Source: Sminthopsis crassicaudata
Taxonomy: Eukaryota
Length of the DNA stretch: 64,000 nt
NCBI RefSeq assembly: GCF_048593235.1
Contig: NC_133618.1
Location: forward strand, 257,387,882-257,451,881
Reading direction: 5' to 3'
Below the pieces are notes generated by a model. It searched no databases, was not told the DNA's origin, and worked only from the letters and a program-made list of their open reading frames with translations. This document shows positions 39,690 through 52,000 of the stretch, piece after piece. The position numbers and the translations under genes are program-made. Each line of letters opens with the position of its first letter. The stretch's first letter is position 1.

Positions 39690-40090
39690 ATTCATTTAAA
39701 GTAACATGTAACAATGTTACATGTTAACAAACTGGATATTTTCTATTAAAAAATAAATATTCTATAAAACAAATTAAGTGAAAAGAGTGGTACTATCAAA
39801 CATTTTTGCAGATCCCTCCCTCTTAATGATTGCCTTAAAAGACAACTGGATTTTCATATTTGCTTCTACATTCAATCTGTTGTGATATTGTTTTAATGAA
39901 GTATTTGAAGAAAATCCAGCCTCACAGGTAGATATACTTGGAATATGGAGGAATATTTAAATAGGCAAATATCTTAATGTTATGAAAATAGTTTTGATAG
40001 TGCAAATCCCCTGAAAAGGTCTCAGGGACCCTTAGAGACTTGTGGCCAATTCTTTGAGAACTGCTGATATACACAATGACTACAACAATG
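39690..40090. mobile_element. hAT-Charlie-like remnant interrupted by an L1-like fragment (about 39790-39940)
   Basis: TGAAAATAGTTTTGA...CCCTGAAAAGGTCTCAGGGACCC...TTTGAGAACTGCTG terminus, and an ACATGTTAAC AT-rich internal part. Confidence 0.45.
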
Positions 40091-41519
40091 TAAATGGAAA
40101 GAACAATGACAAAACAATCAAGTATTACAAAATTACAAAGAACGTGCATGGTCCCCCTTCAAAAAAAAAAAAAAATTACTGAGGACATGTTTACTCCATT
40201 TGTTTGCAGACGTGGACTGTCCACAGGTGTTTTCTAGATGTATTAGTCAGTTTTGATTTTTTTTTCACTTCCATATTTTCCTTAAAAAATTGTATTTTAT
40301 TGCATGGGACTGTCCCCTGGAAGGAGGAAAGGGGAATTCCTAGGAGAATTTCTGGTGATTTACAAAAGACATCAATAAAATTATTTTTAAAATAAAAATA
40401 TTAGAACTAAAAGGGCCTTCATTAATATCATTTAGATCAACACCTTCGTTTTTCAAAGGAGAAAGCTGAAGCCCAGAAAAATTAACCATTTCTAGTTTCA
40501 TTATTGCTATCTTGGAATGTCATCAGGAAGTGTTTAGACTTCTGCCCAGAAGTTAAAGCTAGATCTAATGACTAAATGTTTTAGGGAGGCAGTTTTCAAA
40601 TTATAAGAATTTTCTAAAAACCAAAGCTGTCAAGAATAAACAACCTTAGAGGTCAGTGAGTTCTTTGTCCATAAATAGGAACTGACATTCCAGCTGACAT
40701 AACACCCCCATCCCCAAGAAGATATAGAAAGGAAAGGAAGACTCAGTTGTCTCCAAAGTCACTTCCTACAGTGAAATTCTAGTTTCTGGCTGCACCTAAA
40801 CTTCTGCCAGAACAGATGCTCTGGTTTTCACTTGAGAGGGTGCAAAATTTAACCATTTTAACATGCTGACATTAGCATCAGGGGAGAATGTATTAGGTGG
40901 GTACAGTGCCTGGTGTGTGAAAACTAGGTCTGGGTGCACAGAATTTCCAAAGCAGTCCCGGTGCGGCTCTGTGTGGATTACATTGCTGCTTTGTTCTCAT
41001 ATCCCATCTCCCACCCTTCCAAGCCCAAAGACCTGTTTCCCTCTCATCTGGACTGAGTTCTGTCTCCAAAAGGTAGCTTTTGGATAAAAGGAGCCCCACC
41101 CTGGGATGTCTAAGTGCAGAGGTGATTGGATTAGAGGTGAAGACTGTCAGAGAGGGTGGGATTAATTAGCTAATCGTTGGTTGGTAATCCCCTGGGAGTC
41201 CCTTGGTACTGTGGGTTCTCACTAGCCTTAGAACTGGTTTGGTCCCCTCACCACCCTTAAACCCCAGCCATCAGAACTGTACTGACACCTCCACCCCACA
41301 CTCCCACCCTCTTCTCCCAAGTTCAGGCACTGACAAGGTTGGATTTTTCAAAAGGAGTCTTTACTAGGAAACTCTGGGGCAGAAGGAAAGAAACACAATA
41401 GCAGAGAAGCAGATGAGTTTGCAGAGCACGCATTCCTGATCAGAGCAAATACTGAGCCCCAGAGCAGCTTATGTGGAATAAGTTACAGATCATCTGCTTC
41501 TGGGGGACAGCAAGGGGTG

Positions 41520-41700
41520 GTGGAAGAAGCGCTAGACTTAGAATTCGATGATTGGGGTTCAAGTCCCTTGGGCAAAAGTCATGTCACCTCTGAGCCTGTT
41601 TCCTCATCTGTAAAATGGGGATAATACTTGCATTGCCTACCTCACAAGGTTGCTGTGAGGAAAACGCTTTGTAAACGGTAAAGTGCAATAGAAATATGAA
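41520..41700 (+). mobile_element. MIR
   Basis: CTCTGAGCCTGTTTCCTCATCTGTAAAATGGGGATAATAC core. Confidence 0.75.
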
Positions 41701-42628
41701 CTGTCCTTAGTAGTAGTTATTGTCCTTATTCTTGCCCCTGACACTGAGCTGAACCAAGATAAAAAGGTTTACCATACGTGACCCAGGGGGAAGGAGATCA
41801 GTAGATCCCTGGGTACTACAGCAGTAGTAGAGGCCCAGAGTTCCAAGAGGGGTCACCCACACAGGAAGAGAGGTGGGTGCCTGTAGTCCCTTCTTGCTGG
41901 GGAATCCTTGGCTGATGGAACCAGCCCAGACGTATAAAAGAACTGAGAGGCCTCTAGATTCGGTTGTCCATGTTTCCCAGGCTCACACACAAGGCCCAAC
42001 ATAACAAAGCACACAAGTGGAGTCTAATTGCATGCTGACATGAGACTCCAGGGACCGTGTCTTCATTGCTGGAAGGGAGAACCTGGGACCCAACTCTGCG
42101 TAGAAGGGTTCCTGGGGAGGATGCAGACCTGTTAGACTGAAGGGGCTCTGGGTTGAACTTCATGGGCCTCTCTCCCCATGATACTCTGCTATAAGGAAAG
42201 AGAGAAAGGGGAAACTGAGACTGGGGTTTATGTCCACCTGGGGAGGAGGGTTGTGTTGTTGAAGATGGTTCCAGTTAGCAATTGAAATGGCAACTTTGGC
42301 AAAGGGTTTTAATGGCAAAACTGGCTGCAGAGACCCTTTTTTGAAGGGGTGAGGAATAGGAAGCAGCAGGGCAGGGGCAGAAAAGTCTTCTTCTTAGGGG
42401 CTAGCATGGCTCCACTTCTAGGAGAAGCAGCTTCAGAGGGGAAGCAAACACCCAGGGAGGTCGAAGTAAGGATCCCAGAACATATGGAGACAGGGAACAT
42501 CCAGGTTGCAGTCCTTTTCTGCTAAGTCCTTTGGGATGTTCCAAAAGTCTGACGCTGGAAGAACCAAGGGGAGCAGAAGTCCTAGCGTGGGGGATGAGAG
42601 GATAGCAGGTAACAGGGGGTGGGGGGCA

Positions 42629-43384
42629 CTACATGATAGCGCAGGAGGACAGCGGGTTCCGCACGTGGCAGGTACAGGCAGCCCCACAGTACTGGCGGAA
42701 GGTCTGGTAACAACTGCCCTCAGCCTCACCACCCCACTGGCCAGGTGGGGCAGTCAGTGCCTCTGGTGGCAGGCGGCTCAAGATGGATGTATTGACAGCC
42801 AGGGCAGCCAGCCCATAGTCAGTGAAGAGCACAGTCTCCCTGCGGCAAGTAGGGCAAGAGATGAATTTGTACTTGGGGCAGGACTCGTAAAGGATTTGCA
42901 GACACTGCTCACACACAGAATGCAGACAGGACAGCACACGCGGACGCCGCTGGGTCAGGTTGTACGTATGCCCACAGGTCGGGCACTCCAGCGGTTCCCC
43001 AGCTGGGCCAGGCCGTAACACGTATTGGTTCACAATGACCTCATCACCAGGAGCTACTCGGGGGAAGCCCAACTCGGCACTGCTCTTCCGGGGCCTCCTG
43101 GGGGGAGGTGGTGTTCGAGGTACCCCTTCCAAGGCAGGAACCTCCCCACCACAGGCCTGATTGACAATGATCTCGGTGTCAGAAGGCCAGGCCCTCTTGG
43201 GGGCCAGGGCAGGAGCGGGCCTGGGGGTGGGTGTATAGCGGGGGGTTCCCGCCTGGAGCTCTGGGAATTTCTCTGGGTGAACGATCTTCATCGTCTCCAT
43301 CTTGAGGATGACCTGTGGGCCCTTCAGGCAGGACATGAGGAGGCCGGGCCAGCCACTCGCCTCGGGCCCGGGGGGCGCCGGCAT
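42629..43384 (-). CDS. RNF208: RING finger protein 208 (251 aa, single coding exon)
   Basis: GWPGLLMSCLKGPQVILKME, KRAWPSDTEIIVNQ, RING CPTC...CLH..CEQC...CPTCRRET and C-terminal CAIM match RNF208. Confidence 0.97.
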   Translation of the reverse strand: MPAPPGPEASGWPGLLMSCLKGPQVILKMETMKIVHPEKFPELQAGTPRYTPTPRPAPALAPKRAWPSDTEIIVNQACGGEVPALEGVPRTPPPPRRPRKSSAELGFPRVAPGDEVIVNQYVLRPGPAGEPLECPTCGHTYNLTQRRPRVLSCLHSVCEQCLQILYESCPKYKFISCPTCRRETVLFTDYGLAALAVNTSILSRLPPEALTAPPGQWGGEAEGSCYQTFRQYCGAACTCHVRNPLSSCAIM

Positions 43385-43847
43385 CCGGCTAGTGGCACTT
43401 AGGCTGGTTGTGCCCTGGGTTGGGGGTGCCAGTGAGGACCCAGCATCCGGGACAACATCTTGGCACTGCCAGGACTGAGGTGTTCCCCGGCCGCCCCCCT
43501 GACTCCCAGGGGCGGCCGGTGAGAATGTTTGGGGACAGATCTGGGGGGGAGACCCCCCCAGGAGCCCCAGCTTCCTCCCAGGGCAAGTCTCAGAAGAAGG
43601 AGAAATGACGTCAGGAGTGGATGCAGGAGATCCCCAAGGTATAGGTGTGTCCCCCAGGGCCTCTGCCCTCTACCTGAGGAGGTATGCAGGAGGCTTCCTC
43701 TCCGGCCTGAGTCAGTGGTCCTGGTACCCAGGCAGGTGGACTCCCGGGCACTTTGGGGTTTCCATGGCTCCAGGGCGGGGCTTCCCAGGGGGGTGGGTTC
43801 TCTACCCTCCCACCAGTCCAGGGACACCAGGGAGAACAGGACGGAAA

Positions 43848-44161
43848 CTGCAAATAGAGAGTAAAGGGTAGAGGAGGTCACCGGGCCAAAGGAGCCGTGA
43901 CCCGACCACCAACTGCCTGACCCCTCGACCAAACCCACCCAAAACCCGGGAACTTGACCCCTGACCCCCGGAGCCCTCCCCTCTGCAGCCCAGGTGCGTG
44001 CTCCGCCCCCAAGCCCTTGGAGAAAGGGGGGGATGCAGAAGGCCAGGGAGGGGTTTGACCGGGCGGACAGCCCTCAGGCCGGGCTCTGGCCCGTAGGGTC
44101 CCGCCGCGATGGGTGCCCCAGCCCCGGGCCGCCCTCCGCCCGCCTCCGGCCCCGCCGTCAC
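43848..44161 (-). other. Predicted 314-nt intron in the RNF208 5' leader
   Basis: Donor CAG|GTGACG at 44162/44161. Strong acceptor CCTCCTCTACCCTTTACTCTCTATTTGCAG ending at 43848. Confidence 0.6.
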
Positions 44162-44960
44162 CTGGCTCAGTCCCCAGCGGTTCCGATGCGGCCCCGGCCC
44201 GGCCAGCTCGGGCGCGCCTCCGCTGAGGTTATCTGAAAGGCAGAGTCAGGGATGCGCCGCCGCTCCCGCTCGGCCCGGGCGGCTTCCCGGCCGGCGCGCT
44301 CCTGCAGCGGCTCACGGGGAGGCAGAGGCGAGGAGGAGCGGGGCCCGGCGCCGGGATGTCCGGGAGGATGCGGGGCCCGGGCCCGGGGCGGGGGCGCGGG
44401 CGGGGGGCGCGGCGCGGGCTCGGCCGGACTCTGCGCGGCGGCGGCGGCAGGTGCGTGCGGAGCGGAGCGCGCTCTGCGGCGGAGGCGCGGGGACCGCAGT
44501 GAGTGCGCGCTGCGCCTCGCGTCCCCCTCGCTCGCTCGGCGCGGCTGTAGCGCCTCCCCGGGCCCCCGACCTGACCCCGCCCCCAGCTCGCCCAGCCAGA
44601 GCCCCCCTCACCGCCCCCGCAGCGCCCCCCCCCCCCCGCTGCCTGCAGCTCCCTCCCCACGCCAGCCCCCCACTTCTCGTCGTGGGAGGGAGGTGGCTTG
44701 GGTCCCTCTAGGGGCCTCAGAACTGAGGTTCCCAGGCTGTGCCCCCTCAGTACACGGACGTGTTCCTCGTCTCCCAATTACATCGGGTCTCCGAGCGCCC
44801 CCTCCCCCCTCTGCGGGGCCAGTGGAGGTGGGAAGGGTTCACAGCAGGGGCGGATGCCCAGCGGAGAGCCCCAGTTGTCCCAGTCCGCGCTCTTCCATAT
44901 TTTCTCCTCAGCCCCATTAACGGACACACACTCACGCGCGCGCGCGCCATTGGGTGTGAC
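44050..44960 (-). promoter_or_regulatory. RNF208 CpG island and promoter, with G-quadruplex-prone G tracts on the + strand (about 44370-44412)
   Basis: Very high GC and CpG content. GGGGCCCGGGCCCGGGGCGGGGGCGCGGGCGGGGGG run. Confidence 0.75.
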
Positions 44961-45954
44961 GAATGACAGGAGCTCCAGCTCCCACTCCCAGACAAGGCCT
45001 CAGTCTGGGGGGGTCAGTTTCAGGCTGTGGGAGCCAGGCTCTGGCACAGGAAATCCGGGCTTTCTCCTCTTCAGGCCACAGGCTCGCCACACACAATGCA
45101 GCCTGGGGGAGGGGGGAATAACTGGGGGAAAGGGAGGACCTCGGGATAGGTGGGAATGATTTTTTTGGTGCAGTTTAGTTGGAAGGGCAGTTGTACCCTC
45201 TGGCTGTAAAGCCTCAAAGATCCCAGACCATCAGGAACATAAGACTGTCTCTCCCACCTGCATTTCTTCCATGCTCCATTGGCTGAATTTAAGTCTCACC
45301 CCTTCCCTTGATCCCTTGTTGTCTCATATCCCATGACTCGCCATAACCCTCCGATGGCTCTTCTGTCAAGTCCAAGCCTACTTATTTTACCTCGGAACTC
45401 TTGGGCTTAGAGACTGGCCAGGGGGAGGAGCCCACAGATCCTAGCAGGGTGTCCTTCGCACCCTCAGGCCGGTCTGGGGAAAAGCTCTCTTTGGGACCCT
45501 GGCCCCTAGAGTCGCCTGCAGACCCCAGAATCTCTGTTTAGCTCACACTTGGCCCATCTGGAGAAAATAAAAATTTGAATTGGGGGAAGGAGGGAGGTAA
45601 ATTATAATGACAATTAGAGTAATATCTAGAGCTGGAATTATCAATCACTCTCCTCCTCCCTTTGAATGTATCTCTCTCAGACCCACTGCTACAAACAGAA
45701 GTCCATCTATGGGTTAACCAGCGTGCCTACCTCCTCCCCGATTTAATTGAAATCAAGTTTTCTTCCAAGGACTCCATATCTCTTATAACCTATTTCATTA
45801 GAAGTACTCCTCCTACTGCCCCAAATTAGAGACCAAGGAGAACAGTCAGCATATCTACCCTTAGCCCTTTCTTCTTTCAAAGTCCTTTCAACTCCCAGGT
45901 ACTTTCTTTTTCCCATTTGGATGGCTGGTACCTTGTGACTTCCAGATTTTTTTT

Positions 45955-46093
45955 CCCCTATGGCTGGGGGTTAAGTGACTTGCCCAGGGTCACACAGCTA
46001 GGAAGTGTGAGGTGTCTGAGACCAAATTTGAACTCGGGTCCTCCTGAATTCAGGGCTGGCGCTCTATCCACTGCACCACCTAGCTGCCACCTA
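45955..46093 (-). mobile_element. tRNA-derived CORE-SINE (WSINE1-like)
   Basis: GGGGTTAAGTGACTTGCCCAGGGTCACACAGCTAGGAAG...TTTGAACTC...CTATCCACTGCACCACCTAGCTGCC. Confidence 0.85.
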
Positions 46094-48384
46094 GCAGCCT
46101 CTCAGCTTTTTCTAGTTTTAAAAGTCCTACCAGCCTCTATACAACTTGCTTCTACCTTCACCATTCTGTCAGTGGTCATAATTTCATTCCTTGCCTCAAG
46201 CACAAGGCTGCACCTCATCTCTATCCCAGGATGCCTCACTCCTTAGAGGAGTATTATCACTTGTTGTGTAACCCAAAGCCCTTTGGCGTGGAATTCTCAT
46301 TTGGCTTATGGCCTTTCTCTCCAATCTATCTTCTATCATCATTCTCAATGATTGTAATATTCATGTTGACAATGCCAGCAGGAATCTGATTTCTTAATTT
46401 CTCCATAATCTCAACTCCAAAGATTTTCTCCACCTAACAAGGATGTACTTTAGACTGCATAAAGCATTCAGAATTATATTATTCTAAGAATTTAATCTTG
46501 GAATTCCACTGTTCAAGAACAACCTTCTGTCCTAGCTTTCTTGCTCTCATTTATACTCTTCCATCCTTGTAATCTTCAGTGTCTTGAACCTTTCTTATTC
46601 TCCCACTTCATATCCCTTTTCTGTTTTATTTGCCTCCATACCCAATCTCTGATTCTATGTATAACTAAATACTCTCCAAAGACCTTTTGTCTCCCTGATA
46701 TTCTCCTTTTCTGGGTAACTCTCAACATCTGATTTTTAAATTTTGTTTTGTTTTGCCTTTTTGCTCCCATTCCAGGGCAAAAGTGCTTGGAGAAATTCAT
46801 GAAATTTATTAGGTCGTATATTTAGTTATGGAAGGAATTTTAGCAATGACCTAATCCAACTTTTCATTTTACAGAGAAGTAAACTGAGGCACTGAGAAGT
46901 TAAGGGAGTTCCTTAAAGTAAGACGGGTCATAACTGAATGAGGATTTGAATTTTCTTATTCCAAATTCAGATTTTTTTTTTTTACTTCGAAAAAAAAGCT
47001 CTTTTCACTGCATGGTTTAGTTAATTTTACCCACTATAAATTGATGGCATGTATACTATCAAAGCTAAAGAATACATTGGTATTGTCTGTTAAAATTATA
47101 AACTTATTGCAGTTATGTTAGATTTTTACACAAGTGCTGAAGCAGGTATTTTTATTTTAGGTTTGGGGAGAAAGTACTGTTAGCAATTTCTTGAATAGTT
47201 TGACAACATATTCAAATATTGGAAAAAATGTATTTTTGTTCTTAAGTCTAATTCTACAGCACCTGTATCATGGACAAAAATTCACCTTCAGAATATCAAC
47301 TTGGCAATTACCAAGTATAGAGATGAACTGGAGAGGAGAGAGGCTAGATGCTAGGAGACCAACTGGAATGATAATCCAATAGTCCAAATAAGAAATGATG
47401 GGATCCTGAAAGAGACAGTTGTGATGTAAATAGTGAGAAAAGGATGCTTAGGAGAGATGTTAAAAGATTAGAAATTAGCAAGATTTAGCAACTGATTATA
47501 TAGGTGTGACTACACGGTGTTGACAATTCTTAAATTTTGAATCTGGGTGACTGGAATAATGGCATTAGCCTTAGCAGAAATATAGAAGTAAAAAGTGAGT
47601 TTGGGAGGAAAGATAGTAAGGGTATTTTGGACATAATGAGTTTGAGTTGTCTGTGGTCATGTAGTTGGAGATGTACAGCCAGGAAGTTAGTGGGAAGCAA
47701 TAGCAGGAAAAAGATAAGAATAGCTTAAGTAGACCTGGGAATTATCTGCATAAAGAATTACATTCTTGGAAACTGATGAAATCGATAGAGAAGGTAGAAA
47801 AGAATGAAAAGGAGATGGCCCATGCACGGCAATGGAGGGGGAATGTGTGATGATTTTGCAAAGGATACTGAATAGGATTGGTCTTATGGGTAGGAAAAGA
47901 ACTACAAGCCCTACTAGTAGTGACTAGTAGTAACTGTCCCACTGGGGACCTAATTGGCCAGTTCCAGTTGGGCAATGCTGCCAATTTTCTTCCTCCTCCT
48001 CCCCTCTCTCCCTCCTTTTCTTCTTTCTCATCTCCCCCCTCTTCTCTCTGGGGAATCATACCACATATATGTAGATGCTCTATCCAAAGGAATATAAATT
48101 TTTTATCACTTTTACATCACAAAATATCTTGGAATTGAGACTAGAATATTTTTCTTTGCTTCCCAACAACAATCTGATTGATTGAGTGAAGTGAGTGATT
48201 GAGATAGAAGACAAATCACAAAGGCTTGAGAATTGAATGTGAGGTGAGAAAATTAAGGTATCTTTTCTTGTGGAAAAGATGGAATAATATAGACTAAAGG
48301 ATAGTTTAACTGGATGGATTTGAAAGTGGTTGAATGGCAGGACTCAAAGAAGAGTCATTAATAGTCAATGTCAACTTGGCAGAT

Positions 48385-49055
48385 CCCCAAGAATCTATGC
48401 TTGGCCCTGTGATATTTAAAATTTTTATCAGTGGCTTAGGTGAAGATATAGATGAATGAATGAAAAAGCATTTATTAATCACTTTCTATATGCCATGGCA
48501 CATAGAATGGCACATAGTAAGTACCAAGCACTGTACTAACTTTTAGAAGTACAAATAAAAAGGATAGTCTCTATCTCAAAGAGCTTATAATCTAAAGGAG
48601 AAAATAATAGACATTGAGCAGTGGTATCCAGGGAGAAAATATTTTGGTCCAGAAAGCTACAGGGACTAAAAGGGGGTCATATGAGAGTAGATTGGTTTTA
48701 TTTAATCATGGTTCGTGTTTGGAGAATTGAAGAGCCAGTGAACATACACATGGCTGTGAAGTTAATAGTAAGGAGTCTAAGAAGAAAGGAGCCAAAAAGA
48801 AAAGAGAAATTTTGGCTGAGTGATGGATTCAGAAACCAGATTGTAAGGAGTGGAGAAGTGATGTGAGATGAAAAAAAAATGGAGGTATATTTACATGTGA
48901 AAAAGAAAGATGTGTACTATCTAATGCCAAGCTTATTAAGTTGGCAGATGACACAAAGATAGAAGAATTAGCTGACATAATGGATGACAGTCAGGAACCA
49001 AAAAGACCTTAACAGGCTAGAGCATGAATCTAATAAGATGAAATTCAGGGCATTA
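48385..49055 (+). mobile_element. CR1/L3 reverse-transcriptase remnant split by a nested L2 (about 48454-48915, - strand)
   Basis: PQESMLGPVIFKIFISGLGEDID (48385-48453) and KLIKLADDTKI (from 48929), which are adjacent motifs in CR1 RT. The intervening sequence begins with an L2 tail, GAATGAATGAAAAAGCATTTATT. Confidence 0.7.
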
Positions 49056-52000
49056 ATTTTCCTTGCCATTTTTTCCTCCCAACTATTCTATTTTGTATCT
49101 ATAGCTACATTTCTTCCAGGTACTCATTTAGTCCTTGGGAAAGGAAGTTGTTTTTGTTTTTGTTTTTATTTATCTGAGGTTCTACCTGTATTTGTTGGGA
49201 CATTACCATCTTATTCTGGATTTCTTCAGCTATATTAGCATAAACATCTTTTATTAGGAGTTAGGATTTAAAAGAGAAAAGAGATACAGAATGATAGCTT
49301 GAGGGATTGTAGGATCAAGTGAAGATTTTTGAAGGATGGAGGTGATCTGGACAGGTTTGTAAGCAACCAGCAAAAAGCCAGTGAATAAGGAGTGTTTAAC
49401 AATTGAAGATAGAAAGGGAATAATTTATGGGGCAATTTGCTAGAAGAGACATGAGAAATGGACTTGAATATGTAGTGGTACTGGTATTGACATGAAGAAA
49501 GGCCTGAGACTAAAAGAAAAGAGGAGAGAAGAGCAAATGATGTTGAGGTTACTTAAAGTATAGAACTAGGCAGAAGAGAGCTCCCAAAAGAGGGAATCTT
49601 AAGTTTCTTATAGACAGAGGGAGAGAGACAAAAACAAAGATGTAGGCAACGTGCTAAAGCCAGCTTTAACTATTTGGACTATTTGCTAAATTTGAGCATT
49701 TCACCTCAGAAATAAACAAATACTACAAATCAAGGCTTGGTTTATAGTTTTATTACTTAAAAAAGCAATGGAGAAAATGTTAATAAGATACATTTAAGTG
49801 TTTCATGTACATTCCTTTTTTCCCCTTAACTGCTAAACATTCACTAGCATGCCTTTGGATGAAGGTCATTGAGAACAAAGAATTTGAATTAATTTCTGTG
49901 GGAAGTAAGAAAGTTAATTAAGAAAGAGTATAAGACAGTGTGCAACAGCAAGGACTGAGATACTAAACTTGACAAACACCAAATAATTTGCCTGTTTCCC
50001 TCTAAAGTGCCTTCTGTTTCCTTCTGCATATTTTAAATATTTCATTGACATTTTTTTCTTTTTCTTTTCCTCCCTCATTTCCTTTTTTCTTTCTCTTTAT
50101 TTCTGCAGGGCTATCACTATAGTATTCCCTTCCACCACCATTTTAATAAAAACTAAAACTTCTCTTATGCTAAATTAGTATAGTCACAAAAAAGATCTAC
50201 ATATTGATCATGCCTAAAAACATGTCTAATTTTTCATCTCTGATCCATTACTTTTTTGTCAAAAGGAAACATTTTTCATCCTTAGTCCGCTGCAGTCATG
50301 GTTGGTTACTGAATGATCAGATTTCATAAGTATTTCAAAGTTGTTTTTCTTTACAAATGTTGTAGTCATTAAATAAAGTATTCCCTAGGATCTGTTCAAT
50401 TCACTATGCATTAGTTCATACAAGTTTTCTTAAGTTTCTCTGAATCTATCACTTTCATTATTTCTTAAAGTATGTGAATATTCCATATATTCATAAACTA
50501 TAATTTGTTTAGCTATTTCCCAGTTGACTGGACATCCCCTCAGTTTCTATTTCTTTTGCCATAATAAAAAATGTTTAAATATTGAAATGAATATATTTGT
50601 ATTTGGATTCTTTCCCTCCTTCCAAGTGTGTACTGAGAAATTTTTTTAAATTGGCTCTCTAAAAAAAATTAAGATGTAATAAACTTTCAGATTTAATCTT
50701 CATTATTAACATTTGCCCATTTTCTTAAATTTACATAATCAACAAAACAAAAATGTATAAATGTTTGCACTGAAATTTAAACAATTGGATCTTTCAATCC
50801 TTTTAAAAGTGACTCCCACACACCTATGTCACATCCCTGCACTTCTCCTTTATTCTGCCATCTCTCCAGGTTCAGCCTTTATCACCACTATCTGAGAATA
50901 CTGAAACAGCTTTCTAATTGTCTTTTGACCTCCACTCTTCTCAATCCAAAACATTCTTTATACAGAAAAAATTGGCAGAAAATGTGTCTTAACTATAGAT
51001 CTGGTGATATTTCTGCAATGCTCAAAAATCTTTAGTGAATCCCTATTGCTTCTCTTGATACACTTCTGCCTAACAATTATGTTCCTAATGCCATTTTACC
51101 TTTCTTGTCTGAGATCTTTCTCCTCAGACCTCATCCAACAAATAATTTTGTAAATTTTCTATGCACCATGTAACATTGTTTATTATAGTTGTGTTGGTAT
51201 TTTACCGCCCTCTTACACTGCAAACTCCTTGAGGACAGTGATTGTGTCACCCTGTTTCCCCCAGCAATCTGGCAGTATTACACAGATGTTTGACAAATGT
51301 TTATTGATTTTTGTTAAATCTAGAGCTTAGGGCAAGACAGGATTATTGGGGGGGCTTTGGGAGGAGGGAAGTTAGATATGCTGAGTGTGTAGGGGACAGA
51401 AGTGTGACTATGGAAATGGGGATAATCAGGATCCTGCCCCTGGCACTCATTAGCTATCTAGTCAGTCTCAGTGTGATTTTATAAATATATACACACAAAG
51501 AGACAGAGATAGAGAACTAATACTTGCTCTATATATCCTGTTCTCTTTGTAGGCTGGCAGGAGATACTGTAATGAGGAGGGGCAGGGATAGTCTTTAAGG
51601 ATACTCCTTTGGAGAGGCCTAAACTCCCCAGGTTCTTAACCTACTCAGGATCTGGTATAGTTAATTGTCAGTCAACAATATGTGGAGCCTTTCTAAGTGC
51701 ACTAGCATTTAAAGGAAGTTGGAAAAGGCTTCTGCAGAAAAGGAGACTTTAGATAGAACTTGAAGGTACCCAGGGAAGAAAGGGAGGAAGAGCATTCTGC
51801 AGGTGGTACAACCAGAGAAAAAGCCCCCAGTCAGGAGATGAAACATTTTGTTTGCAGAATTGTAAGGAGACCAGGGTCTCTAAATCAAAGACAATTTCAA
51901 TGAGTAAAGTTTAAGAATATAAAGGGAGGGGGAAGGTTATGAAAGGCTGTGAATGCCAAATAGAAGATTTTTGTATTTGATGTCTAAGGCAATAGGAAGC

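Noticed and set aside
42506-43402. 170-aa and 125-aa + strand ORFs
   Set aside because: Antisense to the RNF208 CDS.
44109-44920. Several 180-220-aa Arg/Ala/Gly/Pro ORFs on both strands
   Set aside because: Expected stop-codon depletion in the RNF208 CpG island; low complexity.
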